This document shows, in pieces, positions 1 through 12,463 of a stretch of 64,000 nt of DNA. The position numbers and the translations under genes are program-made. Location of the stretch: assembly GCA_030524225.1 (NCBI GenBank), contig JAUNGV010000001.1, forward strand, positions 25,916-89,915, read 5' to 3'. The notes below the pieces were generated by a model. The model did no database searches, was not told the DNA's origin, and worked only from the letters and a program-made list of their open reading frames with translations. Numbering within the stretch: the stretch's first letter is position 1; each line of letters starts with the position of its first letter. This DNA is from Eubacteriales bacterium (GTDB lineage: Bacteria; Bacillota; Clostridia; Lachnospirales; Lachnospiraceae).

Positions 1-602
1 GTGAGCTGGACACGCTGCGGGCATCCGCGGTAGCGGAGCAGAGCCGGGTTTCGGGACTGGTGTCCTCGACAGCGGGCAGTATCTCGGCGTACAGCGGACA
101 GATCGAGAACGCGGAGGCGACGGCGGATCAGCTGCAGGAGCAGCTCGATGCCAAGAACAGCGAGATCTCAGCGCTGGAAGCGCAGCTGGCGGAGGAGCGC
201 AGACTGGAAGCACTCTCGGCGGCTTCGGTTTGGCGGGACATTTCCCAGGTGACGTTTGCGGAGGGAGACAGGTATCTTCTGGCGAATCTGATTTACTGTG
301 AGGCGGGGAATCAGCCGTACGAGGGACAGGTGGCTGTCGGGGCGGTTGTGATCAACCGTGTGCTCAGCGGCGCTTTTCCGGACACGATTGTGGGCGTGAT
401 CTACCAGACGAATCAGTTCGAGCCGGTTTCGACCGGGCGGCTGGCGCTGGCTCTGGCACGGGACGATGCGACGGAAGCCTGTTACCGGGCGGCGGACGCC
501 GCGATGGCGGGACAGTCCACGGTGGCGGACTGTATCTTTTTCCGGACGCCGATCCCGCAGGTGACGCCGCGGTATACGATCGGCGGTCATATTTTCTATT
601 AA
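1..602 (+). CDS. Cell wall hydrolase (SleB/Hydrolase_2 type) with N-terminal coiled coil; 5' truncated by window edge
   Basis: Frame open from position 3; motifs LLANLIYCEAGNQPYEGQVAVGAVVINRV, VIYQTNQFEPV and IGGHIFY are typical of SleB-like lytic transglycosylases. Confidence 0.85.
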   Translation, partial: ELDTLRASAVAEQSRVSGLVSSTAGSISAYSGQIENAEATADQLQEQLDAKNSEISALEAQLAEERRLEALSAASVWRDISQVTFAEGDRYLLANLIYCEAGNQPYEGQVAVGAVVINRVLSGAFPDTIVGVIYQTNQFEPVSTGRLALALARDDATEACYRAADAAMAGQSTVADCIFFRTPIPQVTPRYTIGGHIFY

Positions 603-624
603 CATGTTCCTGTTGGGAACCGTC

Positions 625-673
625 GGGCGGCGGGGTCTATGAAGCGTATCATAGACTCCGCCGTCTGCTTTTT
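625..673 (+). terminator. Rho-independent terminator
   Basis: Stem GGGCGGCGGGGTCTATGA / TCATAGACTCCGCCGTCT followed by GCTTTTT, just after the stop at 602. Confidence 0.7.
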
Positions 674-818
674 CGTTGACGGACAGCGGCGCGGGTGCCT
701 GCCATGCCCCAAATGGCCCGCTGGGAAGGAAACGGCTCGTCCGGCGCGCCTTGCGCGGGGGTGCTGTCGGATTTGTATATATCGGCGAAAATGTTCAAAA
801 TATAAGGAATATTATTTG

Positions 819-847
819 TTGATTATTCAAAAGTCATACGGTAAAAT
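819..847 (+). promoter_or_regulatory. Putative sigma-A promoter of the V-ATPase operon
   Basis: TTGATT-N17-TAAAAT in an AT-rich stretch upstream of the GGAGG RBS and ATG 902. Confidence 0.55.
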
Positions 848-901
848 GAGTAGTAAACGCGGTAATTAATGACGGGAAACAGGGGACTGACGGAGGGATA
901 G

Positions 902-1222
902 ATGGCAAAAGAAACGATCGATGCGATCAGGGAGGCTGAGCGGGAAGCGGCGCAAATAGAAGAGAACGCCGCCCGGGAGGCGGCGCGGCTGGTGCGGGAG
1001 GCAAAGGAACAGGCTGCCGCGCTGCGGGAAGAGGCCGCCGGGGCGCAGAAACAGGCGGCGGCAGAGAGACTGGCGGCTGCCAGGGAGGCCGGCGAGGCGC
1101 AGCTTGCAGAGGCGGAGCGGGAGGCCGGCAAAGAGGAGGAAGCGCTCCGGGCGATGGCCGGGGAGCGGATGCCGCAGGCGATAGAGGCCGTGCTGGCGTC
1201 TCTTTCTTCCGGAACAAGGTAG
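902..1222 (+). CDS. ntpF: V/A-type ATPase peripheral stalk subunit (NtpF/H/G-like)
   Basis: Ala/Glu-rich coiled coil (IDAIREAEREAAQI); first gene of an operon in Enterococcus hirae ntpFIKECGABD order; GGAGG RBS. Confidence 0.8.
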   Translation: MAKETIDAIREAEREAAQIEENAAREAARLVREAKEQAAALREEAAGAQKQAAAERLAAAREAGEAQLAEAEREAGKEEEALRAMAGERMPQAIEAVLASLSSGTR

Positions 1223-1240
1223 AGGGGAGGGAGCGGCAAG

Positions 1241-3740
<2,500 letters not shown>

Positions 3741-3754
3741 GAAAAATGGGGCTA

Positions 3755-3893
3755 GTGTGAAAAATAAGCTTGATAGCTTATTTTTCACACCGAGATTTGT
3801 ACTGGAGCATTACAAATCTCGATTATGGCAGACGCAAATTTGAAATTTGCGTCGCCCCGTCGCGTAAAACGCTCCGGAATGGTGATTCTTATG
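3755..3893 (+). repeat. Structured dispersed element, family A copy 1 (three tandem hairpins ending at the ntpE start codon)
   Basis: Perfect 16-bp stem 3755-3790, 11-bp stem 3791-3821, palindrome 3831-3853; colinear with 25513-25650 (minus). Confidence 0.85.
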
Positions 3894-4487
3894 AACGGAT
3901 TAGAGAAAATTTTGGAGGATATCCGCAGCGAGGCGCGGGCCAATGCCGACGCTGCGCTGCGGCAGGCAAATACAGAGGCGCAGGAGATTCTGGAGGAGGC
4001 GCGGCGGCAGTCCGAGGAAGAGGCGGGCCGCGCAGAGGCGCAGACGGACGAGCGGATCGAGAATCTGAAGGCGAGATATGCGTCTTCCTGTGAGCTGCGC
4101 AGGAGACAGAGTCTTCTGGCGGCCAGGCAGGCCCTCATTGCGCAGACACTGGAAGAGGCGCTGCGTGCTGCGCAGGAGCTGCCGGAGAGGGAATACTTCG
4201 CGCTGCTGAGCGAAATGGCGGCGCGGGCGGCGCATCCGGAGGCGGGTGAGATCTGTCTCGGAGAGCGGGATCTGGCGCGTCTGCCGGAGGATTTTATGGA
4301 GACGCTGGCGGCGCGTCTGCCGGAGGGCGCGTCTCTGACGCTGTCCTCTTCGGCGCAGGAGCTGCCGGGAGGTGGATTCCTGCTGCGCTACGGAGGGATC
4401 GAGGAGAACGGTTCTTTTGAGGCGGTTTTTGCGGCGCGCGCGGAGCAGCTGCAGGATATTGTCCGGCACATACTGTTTGCGGGATGA
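3891..4487 (+). CDS. ntpE: V/A-type ATPase subunit E
   Basis: MNGLEKILEDI start, coiled coil, GGGFLLRYGGIEENGSFEA; the ORF-track extension to 3825 is repeat-derived. Confidence 0.9.
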   Translation: MNGLEKILEDIRSEARANADAALRQANTEAQEILEEARRQSEEEAGRAEAQTDERIENLKARYASSCELRRRQSLLAARQALIAQTLEEALRAAQELPEREYFALLSEMAARAAHPEAGEICLGERDLARLPEDFMETLAARLPEGASLTLSSSAQELPGGGFLLRYGGIEENGSFEAVFAARAEQLQDIVRHILFAG

Positions 4488-4501
4488 CGGGAGGGACGAC
4501 C

Positions 4502-5467
4502 ATGTCCAGAGATCAATATATCTATGCGGTTGCCCGCATCCGGACCAGAGAGCTTTCTCTTCTGAACGGCGCGGTTATGGAGCAGCTTGCGGCGGCACCC
4601 TCCGAGGAGGACTGTCTGCGTCTGCTGCAGGCGAAGGGCTGGGGAGGCCGCGGTCAGGGCGCGCAGGAGATTCTGGAAGAGGAAGAGGAGAAGACGTGGG
4701 CGCTGCTGGAGGAACTGGCCGGAGGGCTCTCTCTCTTTGCCGTATTCCTCCGGGAGAACGATTATCACAATGTGAAGGCGGCGGTCAAAGAGGCGTGCAC
4801 AGGAGGCGAGCATCCGGGCATTTATAAAAAGAGAGCGACGATCTCCGGCGAGGAGATTGAGCGGGCGCTGACGAAGCGGGAGCCGGAGACTCTGCCTGAG
4901 CCGTTTCGTGCGACGGCGGAATATGCGATGCGCGTGCTGCTGCAGACGAGAGACGGGCAGCGGTGCGACGCGATTGTGGACCGGGCGTCCCTGATCGCGA
5001 TCCGGCAGGAAGGCGCGCAGTCGGGAAGCTCTCTTCTGCGGGAGTACGGGGAACGGACGGCGGCGCTCTGCAATGTGAAGATCGCGATGCGGTGCGCACT
5101 GACCGGACAGAGCCTTTCTTTTATTGAGGAGTCGCTGGCACCCTGCGGAGCGTTCGAGGAGAAGAGCATGGCGAAGGCGGCCGCGGCGGGAAGCGAAGCG
5201 CTTTTTGCCTATCTGAGGGAGAACGGAATGGAAGAGGCCGCGGAGACGCTCCGCATTTCCTACACGGAATTCGAGCGGTGGTGCGACAATGAGCTGATCC
5301 GGATGATCCGCCCGCAGCTGACGAACTGTTTCGGACCCGATCCGCTGGCAGCCTATCTGCTTGCCAGACAGATGGAGATCAAGTCGGTGCGCATGATTCT
5401 GGCCGGAAAACGCAACGCTCTTCCGGAGACAGCGATCCGCCAGAGAGTGAGGGAGACGTATGTATAA
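4502..5467 (+). CDS. ntpC: V/A-type ATPase subunit C
   Basis: YIYAVARIRTRELSLL, DYHNVK, EIKSVRMILAGK...RVRETYV; GGAGG RBS before ATG 4502. Confidence 0.92.
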   Translation: MSRDQYIYAVARIRTRELSLLNGAVMEQLAAAPSEEDCLRLLQAKGWGGRGQGAQEILEEEEEKTWALLEELAGGLSLFAVFLRENDYHNVKAAVKEACTGGEHPGIYKKRATISGEEIERALTKREPETLPEPFRATAEYAMRVLLQTRDGQRCDAIVDRASLIAIRQEGAQSGSSLLREYGERTAALCNVKIAMRCALTGQSLSFIEESLAPCGAFEEKSMAKAAAAGSEALFAYLRENGMEEAAETLRISYTEFERWCDNELIRMIRPQLTNCFGPDPLAAYLLARQMEIKSVRMILAGKRNALPETAIRQRVRETYV

Positions 5468-5777
5468 AATCGCGGTCATGGGGGACTGGGACAGTATTTA
5501 CGGGTTCGGCGCCCTGGGAATGGACACCTACCGCACCGATATGCAGGAGAGTGAGGAGGCCGTGCGGCTTCTGCGCCGTCTGGCGGGGCAGGAGTACGCG
5601 GTGATCTATGTCACGGAGGCGTTGGCGGCGCAGATGCCGGAGGAGATCGAACGCTACAGGACGCAGCCGTCTCCGGCCATCATCCTGATTCCGGGGATTG
5701 CGGGAAATACGGGCGAGGGAATGGCGGCTCTGCACAAATCGGTGGAGCAGGCAGTAGGATCGGATATTTTAAAATAG
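5460..5777 (+). CDS. ntpG: V/A-type ATPase subunit F
   Basis: KIAVMGDWDSIYGFGALG, PAIILIP, VEQAVGSDI. Confidence 0.92.
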   Translation: MYKIAVMGDWDSIYGFGALGMDTYRTDMQESEEAVRLLRRLAGQEYAVIYVTEALAAQMPEEIERYRTQPSPAIILIPGIAGNTGEGMAALHKSVEQAVGSDILK

Positions 5778-5789
5778 GAGAAAAGCAGC

Positions 5790-7565
5790 ATGAGCAGAGG
5801 GACGATTAAAAAAGTGGCCGGGCCGCTGGTGATCGCGCAGGGAATGCGGGACGCCAATATGTTCGACGTGGTGCGCGTGAGCGAGAGCAGGCTGATCGGA
5901 GAAATCATAGAGATGCACGGCGGAGAGGCTTCGATTCAGGTCTACGAGGAGACGTCGGGACTGGCACCGGGCGCTCCCGTGGAATCCACCGGCGCGCCGA
6001 TGAGCGTGGAACTGGGGCCGGGACTGATCGGAAGTATCTACGACGGAATCCAGAGACCACTGGACGACATTATGCGCGTGACGGAGGGCAACCTGCTGGA
6101 GAGGGGCGTGGAGGTACCGGCCTTAAAGCGGGACAAGGTCTGGCATTTCGTCCCCTGCGTGGAAGCGGGGACGCGGGTGACGGGAGGCGACGTCGTCGGA
6201 ACGGTGCAGGAGACGGCGATCGTGACGCAGAAGATTATGGTGCCGCCGGCGGTTTCCGGAACGGTGCGCTCTGTCAGCGAGGGAGATTACCGCGTGACGG
6301 ATACGGTCTGTGTGATCGAGGGAGAAGACGGGAAGGAATACCCGCTGACGCTGCTGCAGAAGTGGCCGGTGCGCCGGGGCCGTCCCTACCGGGAGAAGCT
6401 CTCCCCGAAGATGCCGCTGATCACGGGGCAGAGGGTAATTGACACGATGTTTCCGATTGCCAAGGGAGGTGTTGCGGCAGTACCGGGGCCCTTTGGCTCC
6501 GGCAAGACGGTGGTGCAGCACCAGCTGGCAAAGTGGGCGGAGGCGGACATCGTCGTCTACATCGGCTGCGGAGAGCGCGGCAATGAGATGACGGACGTTC
6601 TGAACGAGTTTCCGGAGCTGAAGGATCCCAAGACGGGATACTCCCTGATGGAGAGAACGGTCCTGATTGCAAATACCTCCGATATGCCGGTGGCGGCCCG
6701 CGAGGCTTCGATCTACACGGGAATTACGATTGCGGAGTATTTCCGCGATATGGGATATTCTGTCGCGCTGATGGCGGATTCGACGTCGCGCTGGGCGGAG
6801 GCGCTGCGCGAGATGAGCGGACGTCTCGAGGAGATGCCGGGTGAGGAGGGATATCCCGCCTACCTCGGTTCCCGTCTGGCGCAGTTTTACGAGCGTGCGG
6901 GCAGAGTCCGGACGCTGGGGAGCCAGGAGAGAGAAGGAGCGCTCTCGGTCATCGGCGCGGTCTCTCCCGCCGGAGGAGATATTTCCGAGCCGGTTACCCA
7001 GGCGACGCTGCGTATCGTCAAGGTGTTCTGGAGCCTCGACGCACAGCTGGCGTATAAGCGGCACTTTCCGGCGATTAACTGGCTGACGAGCTATTCTCTG
7101 TATCTGGATTCGATGGAGGAGTGGTTTAATGAGTCGGTGGAGAAGGACTGGATGGAACTGCGCGGCAGGATGATGCTGCTGCTTCACGAGGAATCAGAGT
7201 TAAATGAGATGGTGCAGCTCGTCGGCATGGACGCGCTCTCCGCCCCGGACCGGCTGAAAATGGAGGCGGCGCGCTCTATCCGTGAGGATTATCTGCATCA
7301 GGATGCGTTCCATGAAACGGATACGTATACGGCTCTGCCCAAGCAGTACAGGATGATGCGGCTGATTCTGGATTACTATGACGTTGCAGGTGCGGCGCTC
7401 TCTGCGGGCGCCTCGGTCGAAGAACTCGTCGCTCTTCCGGTGAGAGAGAGAATCGGGCGTTTCAAGTATACGCCGCAGGAGCAGGTGGAGAGCGAGTACG
7501 AGGCAATTGTGAAGGAGCTGCACACAGAGGCGGACCGGGCGGCTGCGCAGAAGGAGGATCGTTAA
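5790..7565 (+). CDS. ntpA: V/A-type ATPase catalytic subunit A
   Basis: Walker [38 protein letters not shown]. Confidence 0.98.
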   Translation: MSRGTIKKVAGPLVIAQGMRDANMFDVVRVSESRLIGEIIEMHGGEASIQVYEETSGLAPGAPVESTGAPMSVELGPGLIGSIYDGIQRPLDDIMRVTEGNLLERGVEVPALKRDKVWHFVPCVEAGTRVTGGDVVGTVQETAIVTQKIMVPPAVSGTVRSVSEGDYRVTDTVCVIEGEDGKEYPLTLLQKWPVRRGRPYREKLSPKMPLITGQRVIDTMFPIAKGGVAAVPGPFGSGKTVVQHQLAKWAEADIVVYIGCGERGNEMTDVLNEFPELKDPKTGYSLMERTVLIANTSDMPVAAREASIYTGITIAEYFRDMGYSVALMADSTSRWAEALREMSGRLEEMPGEEGYPAYLGSRLAQFYERAGRVRTLGSQEREGALSVIGAVSPAGGDISEPVTQATLRIVKVFWSLDAQLAYKRHFPAINWLTSYSLYLDSMEEWFNESVEKDWMELRGRMMLLLHEESELNEMVQLVGMDALSAPDRLKMEAARSIREDYLHQDAFHETDTYTALPKQYRMMRLILDYYDVAGAALSAGASVEELVALPVRERIGRFKYTPQEQVESEYEAIVKELHTEADRAAAQKEDR

Positions 7566-8930
7566 ATGCCGAAGGAATACAGAACCATACAGGAGGTCGC
7601 AGGCCCCCTGATGCTTGTCAAAGGGGTCACGGATGTCGCCTACGACGAGCTGGGAGAGATTGAACTGGCAGGCGGAGAGAGACGGCGCTGCAAGGTGCTG
7701 GAGATCAACGGCGGCGACGCGCTGGTGCAGTTGTTTGAGAGCTCGACCGGAATCAACCTGGAGAGCAGTAAGGTGCGCTTTCTGGGACACAGCATGGAGC
7801 TGGGGGTTTCGGAGGATATGCTCTCCCGCGTCTTTGACGGACTGGGACGTCCGATCGACGGCGGCCCGGCGATTCTGCCGGAGGAGAGACGGGATATCAA
7901 CGGTCTGCCGATGAATCCGGCGGCCCGCAATTATCCCCAAGAGTTTATCCAGACGGGCGTCTCCGCAATCGACGGACTCAACACTCTTGTGCGCGGACAG
8001 AAGCTCCCGATCTTTTCAGCGTCCGGTCTGCCGCACGCGCAGCTGGCGGCGCAGATCGCCAGACAGGCCAAAGTGGTCGGAACGAAGGAGCCGTTTGCGG
8101 TTGTATTCGCCGCGATGGGCATCACGTTCGAGGAGTCGAATTACTTCATAGAAAGCTTCCGGGAGACCGGAGCGATCGACCGCACCGTTCTCTTCATCAA
8201 TCTGGCGAACGATCCGGCGGTTGAGCGTATCGCGACGCCGCGTATGGCGCTGACGGCGGCGGAGTATCTGGCGTTCGAGAAGAATATGCACGTGCTCGTG
8301 ATCCTGACGGACATCACGAACTATGCCGACGCCCTGCGCGAGATCTCGGCGGCGCGCAAGGAGGTGCCGGGACGGCGCGGCTATCCCGGGTATATGTATA
8401 CGGATCTGGCGACCCTGTATGAGCGCGCCGGGCGGCAGAAGGGCAAGGACGGCTCGATCACGCTGATTCCGATTCTGACGATGCCGGAGGACGATAAGAC
8501 CCATCCGATTCCTGACCTGACAGGGTATATCACGGAGGGGCAGATTATCCTGAGCCGTGATCTCTACCGCAAGGGTATACAGCCGCCGATCGACGTGCTG
8601 CCGTCCCTGTCCCGGTTAAAGGATAAGGGAATCGGGAAGGGAAAGACGAGAGAGGATCACGCGAATACGATGAATCAGCTGTTTGCGGCCTATGCCCGGG
8701 GCAAGGACGCCAAGGAGCTGATGGTGATTCTGGGCGAGGCGGCTCTGACGGAGATCGACAAGAAATACGCGCGGTTTGCGGATGCGTTTGAGAGGGAGTA
8801 CGTCGCACAGGGCTACCGGAGCGACAGGAGCATTGAGGAGACGCTGACGCTGGGGTGGAAACTGCTGCGGATGCTGCCGCGCACCGAGTTAAAGCGTATC
8901 AAGGACGAATATCTGGACCAGTACTATTAA
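7566..8930 (+). CDS. ntpB: V/A-type ATPase subunit B
   Basis: [46 protein letters not shown]. Confidence 0.98.
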   Translation: MPKEYRTIQEVAGPLMLVKGVTDVAYDELGEIELAGGERRRCKVLEINGGDALVQLFESSTGINLESSKVRFLGHSMELGVSEDMLSRVFDGLGRPIDGGPAILPEERRDINGLPMNPAARNYPQEFIQTGVSAIDGLNTLVRGQKLPIFSASGLPHAQLAAQIARQAKVVGTKEPFAVVFAAMGITFEESNYFIESFRETGAIDRTVLFINLANDPAVERIATPRMALTAAEYLAFEKNMHVLVILTDITNYADALREISAARKEVPGRRGYPGYMYTDLATLYERAGRQKGKDGSITLIPILTMPEDDKTHPIPDLTGYITEGQIILSRDLYRKGIQPPIDVLPSLSRLKDKGIGKGKTREDHANTMNQLFAAYARGKDAKELMVILGEAALTEIDKKYARFADAFEREYVAQGYRSDRSIEETLTLGWKLLRMLPRTELKRIKDEYLDQYY

Positions 8931-8963
8931 ACACCGCAGACAGGATGCGGCAGAAAGGTAAAT

Positions 8964-9614
8964 ATGGCAGCTGCAAATGTAAATCCCACGCGGATGGAAC
9001 TGACGAGACTGAAGAAGAAACTGACGACGGCGCGCCGCGGCCACAAGCTCCTGAAGGATAAGCGCGACGAGCTGATGCGTCAGTTCCTGGAGATGGTGCG
9101 CCGCAACCAGGCGCTGCGGGAGTCTGTGGAGAAGCAGATCGCACAGGCGAACGCGCATTTTGCGATGGCGCGCTCCGCGATGAGCGACGAGGCGGTACGC
9201 GTCGCCTTCATGTCTCCCAAGCAGGAACTGCGTCTGGAGGTGCAGACCAACAATATCATGAGCGTAGAGGTGCCGCTCTATCAGTCCCAGACACGCACCT
9301 CCCGGGAGGGGGACATTTATTCCTACGGCTTTGCGTTTACCTCGGGGGATCTCGATGCGGGAGTCGCGAGCCTTGCGCAGGCGCTGCCGGATATGTTAAA
9401 ATTGGCGGAAAGTGAGAAGTCCTGCCAGCTGATGGCGGCGGAGATCGAGAAGACGAGACGCCGCGTCAACGCGCTGGAACACGTGATGATTCCGCAGACA
9501 GAGGAGAGTATCCGTTTTATCACCATGAAGCTCGACGAGAATGAGCGAAGCGCGCAGAGCCGTCTGATGAAGGTGAAGGATATGATGCTTGCGGAGGCGC
9601 ATCATTATCAGTAA
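8964..9614 (+). CDS. ntpD: V/A-type ATPase subunit D
   Basis: NPTRMEL, GHKLLKDKRDELM, KTRRRVNALEHVMIP. Confidence 0.97.
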   Translation: MAAANVNPTRMELTRLKKKLTTARRGHKLLKDKRDELMRQFLEMVRRNQALRESVEKQIAQANAHFAMARSAMSDEAVRVAFMSPKQELRLEVQTNNIMSVEVPLYQSQTRTSREGDIYSYGFAFTSGDLDAGVASLAQALPDMLKLAESEKSCQLMAAEIEKTRRRVNALEHVMIPQTEESIRFITMKLDENERSAQSRLMKVKDMMLAEAHHYQ

Positions 9615-9668
9615 ACGGTCACGGTTCGCCCATAGGCGGACCTCCCATGAGTGAAAGTAAGAAGGTCT

Positions 9669-12338
9669 ATGCGTAATTCATTCCTCCGACTTATTTACGG
9701 GGCGGCGGTGTTCGTCATCGCCGTTATTGTGATGGAACTCTTTATGAACCAGGGGAGTTCCGATTCCACGGCGCAGATGCGGGAGGCGACGTTTCCGGTC
9801 GTCACGATGCGAGCGGCGGGCATGGAGGCGAACGAACTCCACGGCTATGCGGCGGAGCGCGATCTGCATCAATATCGGGGTGTGATCACACCGCTTTCCA
9901 CGGACAGGTCTGTGTCCCTCTCCATTGATCTTTATGGGCAGGAGATGACGGATCTGTCCTTTGAAGTGCGCAGCGTGGACGGGGAGAGACTGATCGAGAC
10001 GACGCAGGTGACCTCGTATACGTCGGACGGGGGCACTGTCTCGGCGAATTTCGCGCTCAAGGATCTGATTCAGGAGGAGCAGGAGTATATGCTGGTGCTT
10101 CTCCTGACGACCCGGGAGGGCGGAACGCTGCGCTATTACACCAGAATCGTGGCGACGGACAGCTACGCGGCGCGGGAGAAACTCTCGTTCGTCTACCAGT
10201 TTCATGAGAATACTTTTTCCAAAACGGCGGCGAGCGCGATCACCACGTATATCGAGCCGAACGCGGAGGGGGACAATACCACCTACGCGCAGGTGAATAT
10301 TCACAGCAGCTACGGGCAGATCACCTGGGGGGATCTGGCCCCGGAGCAGGTGACGGAGCCGGTGGCTTCGATCACGGATATGCAGACGGAGACGGCCTCC
10401 TTCACCCTGCGCTATGTCGTCTCGGTGGAGCGGGACGGGGAGTCACACTGGTACGAGTGCACGGAATATTACCGTCTGCGCATGGGAGAGGTGCGGATCA
10501 ATCTGCTGGAGTTCGAGCGGAGCATGGAGCAGATCTTTGTGCCGACGCAGGAGAGCAGCTACGGGGACGACGTGATTTCACTGGGAATCACGGATCCGGG
10601 GATTGCCGTGGAAGAGAGCGACGGCGGGGGCGCGTTTGCCTTTGTGGAAGCGGGACGGCTTTACAGCTGCACGACAGTGGACAATGCGGTCTCCTATGTG
10701 TACGGATTTGCCGATTTTGACAGCGTGGACGCCCGGGACCGCTTCGCGGAGCATGAGATCAGGATTCTCAACGTGGACGAGACGGGCAACGTTGATTTTA
10801 TCGTGTACGGCTACATGAACCGGGGACGGCACGAGGGAGAGCTGGGGGTGGCGGTCTACAGCTACAACAGCGTATTCCGGACGGTAGAGGAGAGAGCCTT
10901 TCTTCCCTATGCGGGTTCCTATGAACTGCTGAAGGCGCAGGTGGAGCGTCTCTCTTATCTGAACAAGAGCAACAGTCTGTTCCTGCTGATCGATGAGACG
11001 CTCTACGAGGTGAACCTGACGAATCGCACGGTGCAGACCGTGGTGGGCGGACTGACGGAGGGGTCGTTCCAGGTTGCGGACAGCGGCAGGATGATTGCAT
11101 GGAAGAAGCAGAAGGCTTCTCAGGACGAGGCCGATGTGATTCTGCTGACGGATCTCTCTTCTCTGGAGCAGAAAAGTATCACGGCCCAAAGCGACGAGAG
11201 GATCAATCCGCTGGGATTCATCGGAGAGGATCTGATTTACGGAACGGCCAGAGCGGACGACGTCGTCACGGATCCTACCGGCAATGAACTGCAGCCCATG
11301 TACAACGTCAAAATTGTGGATAAGGATCTGCAGACGCTGGAGAACTATGAGATTGCGGGCTATTACGTGGTGAGCTGCGAGGTGGAGGACAATCAGATCA
11401 CGCTGCACCGGCTGACGACGCTGGCAGAGGGCGCCCAGACAGAAAACGGACAGACAGGTTCGGCGCAGGGATCCGACGCACAGACAGAAGCAGAAGCGGT
11501 GCAGACAGGCTCGGAAGAGGATACGGCCGCGGTGCAGAACCAGAGCGCTTCGGGGAGCACGGCCTCACGATTCCGGCAGGCTGCCGACGATCAGATTGTG
11601 AACGCCCAGGAGGCGCAGAGCGGCAGCCATGTCATCACGACGGTGTTCACACAGGACTATGAAACGGTGTGCCAGATCAGGGCGAGAGGAATTTCCGGCG
11701 GAGCGATCAAATACATCCGCCCGAAGGAGGTTCTGTTCGAGGGCAGCAGGAATCTGGCGCTGGATGGCACCATAGAAGGCGAGCGCTATACTGTCTACAA
11801 CACCTACGGGGTGCAGGGCCGCTACGCCGATCCGTCCCAGGCAGTGCAGACGGCGGAGAACAGCGCCGGCAACGTCGTGGACGGGCAGGGCCGCTATATC
11901 TGGAAAAAAGGAAACCGTCTGAGCGTCAATCAGATCATGGCGATCGGCGCGAGCGCGGCGCAGGAGGGCGAGAGCAGCATTGCGGTCTGCCTGCAGGCGG
12001 TGCTGGATTTCGAGGGAGTGACGAGAAACGCCCGGAGTATGATGGAACAGGGGATGGGGATCCGGGAGATTCTGGAAGAGAGCATTCCCGGGGCGCAGGT
12101 GCTGGATTTGACCGGCGTGGCGCTTGACTCGGTTCTCTACTATGTGAGCGAGGAAAAGCCTGTGATCGCGATCACGGGAGGCGGCACGCAGGCGGTGTTG
12201 ATCGTCGGATATAACGAACAGGCCGTGGTGCTCATGGATCCGCAGACCGGAACGCTCTACAAGGCGAGCCGCTCGAGCGCGGAATCCCTCTTCGGCCAGA
12301 GCGGAAACGGCTATGTCGCGTATCTGGTGAGGGAGTGA
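9669..12338 (+). CDS. Large N-terminally anchored extracytoplasmic hypothetical protein; C-terminus resembles a degenerate C39/papain-like fold
   Basis: ~889 aa ORF with host-like codon usage, one N-terminal hydrophobic segment, C-terminal KPVIA...AVLIVGY...VLMDP pattern. Confidence 0.7.
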   Translation: MRNSFLRLIYGAAVFVIAVIVMELFMNQGSSDSTAQMREATFPVVTMRAAGMEANELHGYAAERDLHQYRGVITPLSTDRSVSLSIDLYGQEMTDLSFEVRSVDGERLIETTQVTSYTSDGGTVSANFALKDLIQEEQEYMLVLLLTTREGGTLRYYTRIVATDSYAAREKLSFVYQFHENTFSKTAASAITTYIEPNAEGDNTTYAQVNIHSSYGQITWGDLAPEQVTEPVASITDMQTETASFTLRYVVSVERDGESHWYECTEYYRLRMGEVRINLLEFERSMEQIFVPTQESSYGDDVISLGITDPGIAVEESDGGGAFAFVEAGRLYSCTTVDNAVSYVYGFADFDSVDARDRFAEHEIRILNVDETGNVDFIVYGYMNRGRHEGELGVAVYSYNSVFRTVEERAFLPYAGSYELLKAQVERLSYLNKSNSLFLLIDETLYEVNLTNRTVQTVVGGLTEGSFQVADSGRMIAWKKQKASQDEADVILLTDLSSLEQKSITAQSDERINPLGFIGEDLIYGTARADDVVTDPTGNELQPMYNVKIVDKDLQTLENYEIAGYYVVSCEVEDNQITLHRLTTLAEGAQTENGQTGSAQGSDAQTEAEAVQTGSEEDTAAVQNQSASGSTASRFRQAADDQIVNAQEAQSGSHVITTVFTQDYETVCQIRARGISGGAIKYIRPKEVLFEGSRNLALDGTIEGERYTVYNTYGVQGRYADPSQAVQTAENSAGNVVDGQGRYIWKKGNRLSVNQIMAIGASAAQEGESSIAVCLQAVLDFEGVTRNARSMMEQGMGIREILEESIPGAQVLDLTGVALDSVLYYVSEEKPVIAITGGGTQAVLIVGYNEQAVVLMDPQTGTLYKASRSSAESLFGQSGNGYVAYLVRE

Positions 12339-12354
12339 AGGGATCTAAAAAGCA

Positions 12355-12398
12355 CCGCCTGAAAGCCCGGACTATTGCCGGAGGCGTTTCAGACGGTG
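12355..12398. terminator. Hairpin between convergent genes at the left edge of the carbohydrate island
   Basis: CACCGCCTGAAA...TTTCAGACGGTG inverted repeat preceded by an A-run (T-run on the minus strand). Confidence 0.45.
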
Positions 12399-12463
12399 AC
12401 AGGAGAAAAATTCCTTCAGGCGCAGGGGGCAATTGGTTGTTTCTGTTCCATACAAAGTTCCTC

